The notes beneath the pieces were generated by a model. That model saw only the letters and a program-made list of their open reading frames with translations, had not been told where the DNA came from and ran no database searches. Below, piece after piece: positions 60,592 through 64,000 of a DNA stretch of 64,000 nucleotides; position 1 is the first letter of the stretch; every line of letters begins with the position of its first letter. The translations under genes were made by a program, and so were the position numbers. Source of the stretch: Candidatus Bathyarchaeota archaeon (GTDB taxonomy: Archaea > Thermoproteota > Bathyarchaeia > Bathyarchaeales > Bathycorpusculaceae). Location: the NCBI GenBank assembly GCA_963780185.1, contig CAWABA010000001.1:128001-192000 (forward strand). Direction: 5' to 3'.

Positions 60592-61003
60592 ACTAAAGAA
60601 GCGGTCATCAGACGTATCCTTTTCGCTGAGTCGCTGGTTCCAAAGAATCTCAACAACAACTCCGTCGGCGCTAATCTTAACCATCATAGGGGTCGGTTAC
60701 GCAATTTTCCTTTTCGGCGGCGGCTTATACACTCTTACTCAACACCCCGCTCCAGCCTATGTAAGCAGCACGGTAATCTATTTCCTGTACCCGGGCGTCA
60801 GCCAACAATTCATTTCTGACACTATCGTTTCATGTATACTGTACGCTTTCGGCTTCGTCGGTCTCTTCGCAATTTACCAAAGCACCAAAAGCGCCTACAA
60901 GCCAAGGCAAGCCTACATGCTGCTAATCGTAGGCGTAACATTCTTGGCTCTGTCATACATATTCCTCGAAGGCGCAATTCGCTTCAAAATCAACGGAGCT
61001 TAA
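60581..61003 (+). CDS. OSTC/DC2 (OST3/OST6 C-terminal)-like membrane protein
   Basis: Three TM segments with FL.GG..Y....P...FL...V..QFI....S..L...G..G, resembling eukaryotic DC2. Confidence 0.6.
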   Translation: MSNKLKKRSSDVSFSLSRWFQRISTTTPSALILTIIGVGYAIFLFGGGLYTLTQHPAPAYVSSTVIYFLYPGVSQQFISDTIVSCILYAFGFVGLFAIYQSTKSAYKPRQAYMLLIVGVTFLALSYIFLEGAIRFKINGA

Positions 61004-61100
61004 TCTCCCTCTCAATCTTTTCATTGAGAATTTTTCGCTTCAAAAATTGCTTCTGAAAAGACTGGATTTTTCCCTGTGAACCCGTGTGGTTAAGGTTTCT

Positions 61101-61610
61101 TTACCAAGGGTTCTTTTTCAGCTTCAGCTTGTAGGCTAAGAAATTCGTGAACAGATGAATAGGCGGGGTGATGAGCAGAACTGTAACAGCCAGTTGCCAG
61201 CTTACGATGGCTAAGGGAATCGAAAACACGATTGCCCCTACAACGAAGTCGATTTGGTCAACAATCGGCAGCAAACCGCCAGGTGCAATTCCTACCCGTC
61301 TTTTGATGAAAGCGCCTGTTAAGTCTCCCAAGAGGGCTCCTAACGGAATTAGGATGGCGAATGAAATTGGGAAATGGAAAGCCACAACTTCCATGGCGCC
61401 GACCAGTATGCCGATGGCGAGGCCGAAGAAGAAGCCTCTGAAGGTTTTGTTGTTGCCGAAAACTCGTTTGCCGTCGTAGAAGTTTTTGCCGAAATCCATC
61501 TTTGTTCCGCCGCCTGCAAGCACTGGGGTGGCGTTTGCGCAGTAGGCTGGGAAAATAAATTTCAATGCATCAACGACTAGCAAGGCTATGCTCATGTGGT
61601 CAACCGTCAA
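61101..61610 (-). CDS. carS: CDP-archaeol synthase
   Basis: PAY.AN, DFGK...DGKR.FG..KT.RG, GDL...FIKRR and DQIDF. Confidence 0.95.
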   Translation of the reverse strand: MTVDHMSIALLVVDALKFIFPAYCANATPVLAGGGTKMDFGKNFYDGKRVFGNNKTFRGFFFGLAIGILVGAMEVVAFHFPISFAILIPLGALLGDLTGAFIKRRVGIAPGGLLPIVDQIDFVVGAIVFSIPLAIVSWQLAVTVLLITPPIHLFTNFLAYKLKLKKNPW

Positions 61611-61612
61611 TA

Positions 61613-62320
61613 TTATCGGAATTCAGTATCTTGTATTCCAGACTCAAGTATTTGTACATAGCAGCTGGTTTCTTGGGAGATTGCGGGTGATTTTTCAACT
61701 AAGGCTTTCAGGGTTTGGGGGTACTCGGTGGGTTTGAGGAAGATTATGGTGTCTGCCCAGAATTTTAGAACCCTGTTGGCGACTGGTCTTACGCTGACGT
61801 TTTCGTTGTCAAGAATGCTTCGAACCTGACTTGTCACGACTACGGGGATTTTTCGGATTTTTGTCGTCTGCGCCAAAATCGCCAGTTGCCTGTTTAACTC
61901 GCGGTTTACGCTGAAGGCTTTGCCTGAACGCTCAGCAACTTCTGCACCGTACAGCGAGGTTAGGGTGTCAATTATTATTAATCCAAAATTTTTCTCCGTG
62001 TAGTCTTGAATGTGGTCAACGACGGCTGTTTGCTCATGGAAATCTTTGGGTTTAATCAAAATGACTTGTTCAGCAACTTGGTCAAATCGGTTTTTTGCGA
62101 TCTGCGACATTCTTTTGGTTGAGAAGGTGTTGTCGCAGTCGATGTAGAGGGTTTTGAGGTTTTGCAGGGCGCAGTTGACGGCGCATTGAATGGCGAGGGT
62201 TGTCTTTCCAGTTTCGGGTTCACCATAGATTAAAACTACGTTTTCAGGCAGGATTCCTCCGCCGATGTTGCTGTCGATGCATTTGCAGCCCGTGCTTATG
62301 GTAGCCATTTCTATACCCAA
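61613..62320 (-). CDS. radB: RadB-like RecA-family protein
   Basis: STG...D...GGG, YGEPETGKT, IIIDT..SLY and T.QV; no N-terminal domain. Confidence 0.8.
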   Translation of the reverse strand: MGIEMATISTGCKCIDSNIGGGILPENVVLIYGEPETGKTTLAIQCAVNCALQNLKTLYIDCDNTFSTKRMSQIAKNRFDQVAEQVILIKPKDFHEQTAVVDHIQDYTEKNFGLIIIDTLTSLYGAEVAERSGKAFSVNRELNRQLAILAQTTKIRKIPVVVTSQVRSILDNENVSVRPVANRVLKFWADTIIFLKPTEYPQTLKALVEKSPAISQETSCYVQILESGIQDTEFR

Positions 62321-62384
62321 GTTTTATTAAACTAAAAACTAGTATTGTTTTTTGCACTTAAACGTATACTATCAGGTTGATTAG

Positions 62385-63032
62385 GTGAAGGAAAAAGTTG
62401 CGGTTGCAACGGTAAAGGGAAAAGCTTACTTTCTCATCGTTAAGCAGCTGCAAGAGCATGATATCCCTTTTGTGAATTTGGTTCCAGGCGAATCTGTGCC
62501 GTCAGAAGTTAAAGTTGTATTAACTACAGAAAAGGAAAAGAGCCTGATTAACCACGGAAAAATTCTAATCTTGCCCGATGGGGAAGAAATGGATTCTTTG
62601 GTTGATGAGGTAAAGCGGATTCTTGAAGGCAAAGAAGCGTACGAAAAAATTGTGGTGGGCGTTGACCCAGGCGGAGCCATCGGGCTTGCGGCAATCGCTG
62701 ACGGCAAGGTAATTGCGGAAAACAACTGTTTCAGCATCCGCGAATTAATCGAAGGCATACTTAAGATAGTTAAGAACGTTAATTTTTCTTTGACAAAAAT
62801 AATCGTTAAAATCGGCAACGGAGTACCCATCTACCAAGAAATAGTTAACGGTTTAGATGAAGCGTTGCCGCCTCAGGTTAGGCTTGAAGTTGTAAACGAA
62901 CGAGGAACCAACCAACCAATAAAAAAAGTCGGGCGCAGCCGAAAAATTAGACATATTTCTTCAGCCATACGAATATCAGCAAGAACAGGCTACATTGTTC
63001 CAAGAGGAAAGCCAATTGCAACAGACAGTTGA
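62385..63032 (+). CDS. Hypothetical protein with an RNase H-like (YqgF/RuvC-like) domain
   Basis: VVGVDPG..IGLA, KIGNG, V.E..T and H..SA.RI. Confidence 0.7.
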   Translation: MKEKVAVATVKGKAYFLIVKQLQEHDIPFVNLVPGESVPSEVKVVLTTEKEKSLINHGKILILPDGEEMDSLVDEVKRILEGKEAYEKIVVGVDPGGAIGLAAIADGKVIAENNCFSIRELIEGILKIVKNVNFSLTKIIVKIGNGVPIYQEIVNGLDEALPPQVRLEVVNERGTNQPIKKVGRSRKIRHISSAIRISARTGYIVPRGKPIATDS

Positions 63033-64000
63033 ATCCAGCAGGACTCTGCTAATAGATGGTCCCGCATCCGTAAAGGTTGTTTCAGGAAAAGCTGAAGTCT
63101 TCGGCTGCCCAGTTAAGCCATCTCAAAGGATCGTGGTGCGCGAAGGAAAGCGGCTGCCATTTCTTGTGCTTGAAAAAACAGAGTTTGACATATCGTTAGG
63201 CCCCAACGCAGCCGTAACAGAGACCGCTGGCAGCACAATCCCCACTTCATGGAGTAAACCCCTCGAATCGATTTTGGCGGTGCAGAAAAAACCAGCTGTT
63301 GTTTTGGTTGTTGGAAAAATTGACTCTGGGAAAAGCAGCTACTGCACTTACTTGGTGAACAGGTTGGTTGAGGGCAAATTCAGGGTTGCGGTTTTAGACG
63401 GCGATTTGGGACAATCAGACATAGGCTCCTCAGGCACCGTTAGCTACGCCATTGCCTCCAAGCCCGTTGTGGAACTGTATGATTTGAAGCTTGAGAACGC
63501 TTTTTTCGTCGGGGTTACGTCGCCGATGGTGGCGACTGTCACTACAATCGAAGGTTTAGCTGCTTTAAAGGCTGAAATTTTGCAGAAACCCGTTGATTTT
63601 GTTGTAATTAACACGGATGGTTGGGTTGAGGGTGACATTGCGGTGCAGTACAAGGCGGCTTTAGTTAAAGAGCTAAAACCTGACGTTATCGTGGGCGTTC
63701 AAGCAGGCGACGAACTCCGGGAGTTGATAGCCAACGTGGGGCAGCCCGTGTCTACGGTTGAGCTTTCTGCCTCTCTTATCCAACGAACCACGGAGAAACG
63801 CAAGAGCCTCCGGGAAATGACCTACGCAAGATACCTCAAAGACGCAAAACTTCAAAACTACCCACTGAGCCAAGTGACTATTGAACCCCAGTGGTCTCTT
63901 CCCAAAAGTCAGGTTCCAGAGAAAGGTGTGCTTCTCGGGCTGTATGGTTCAGGAAGCAAGTTTTTAGGAATCGGCGTTCTGCGGGAAATTAACCATTTGA
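63016..64000 (+). CDS. Clp1/Grc3/Nol9 polynucleotide 5'-OH kinase (3'-partial)
   Basis: TTG start MQQTVESSRTLLIDGPASV, Walker A GKIDSGKS, DGDLGQSDIG, FVG.TSP and INTDGWV; open to the window end. Confidence 0.9.
   Translation, partial: MQQTVESSRTLLIDGPASVKVVSGKAEVFGCPVKPSQRIVVREGKRLPFLVLEKTEFDISLGPNAAVTETAGSTIPTSWSKPLESILAVQKKPAVVLVVGKIDSGKSSYCTYLVNRLVEGKFRVAVLDGDLGQSDIGSSGTVSYAIASKPVVELYDLKLENAFFVGVTSPMVATVTTIEGLAALKAEILQKPVDFVVINTDGWVEGDIAVQYKAALVKELKPDVIVGVQAGDELRELIANVGQPVSTVELSASLIQRTTEKRKSLREMTYARYLKDAKLQNYPLSQVTIEPQWSLPKSQVPEKGVLLGLYGSGSKFLGIGVLREINHL

Noticed and set aside
1325-63873. Numerous antisense and overlapping ORFs of 60-170 aa in the track
   Set aside because: They are shadow frames of well-supported genes and carry no motifs.
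1-64000. CRISPR array, rRNA, tRNA, IS element or integrase
   Set aside because: No regularly spaced repeats, cloverleaf or rRNA signatures, or transposase/recombinase ORFs seen by eye. A tRNAscan/Infernal run would be needed to exclude short RNAs.

Overview
Archaeal chromosomal DNA. Gene content (PolB1-type polymerase, thermosome, prefoldin beta, AglB, CarS, RadB, Clp1-like kinase, DUF3194) points to TACK, most likely Bathyarchaeia; this is an inference. I found no rRNA, tRNA, CRISPR array or transposase. Main blocks: (i) 1-12.4 kb, a probable membrane-lipid and glycan cluster with a Tes-like and a Gms-like radical SAM enzyme, a DGGGP-synthase-like UbiA protein, DUF362, an NDP-sugar epimerase, three glycosyltransferases and a divergent second copy of cobS-cobY; (ii) a canonical cobamide operon (DUF71-cobT-cobS-cobY); (iii) an ECF transporter, DHH/prefoldin and Sua5; (iv) a GT4/GH130/CBS/Csp3 block; (v) thermosome, ThyA, a metal-chelate ABC island, two MoeA genes and agmatinase; (vi) DUF488 followed by stacked cargo genes separated by diverged copies of its own 3' end; (vii) RsmB, PolB1, AglH/AglB, TopA, an OSTC-like protein, CarS, RadB and Clp1. 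Three toxin-antitoxin pairs are present. About 15 genes, several of them housekeeping genes, carry single-base frameshifts, most likely uncorrected assembly errors. The two strongest leads are the lipid cluster with apparently repurposed CobS/CobY paralogs, and the repeated 'new 3' end + cargo + old 3' end' architecture at DUF488 and the EndoIV-like gene. All family calls come from motif recognition; no database search was run.
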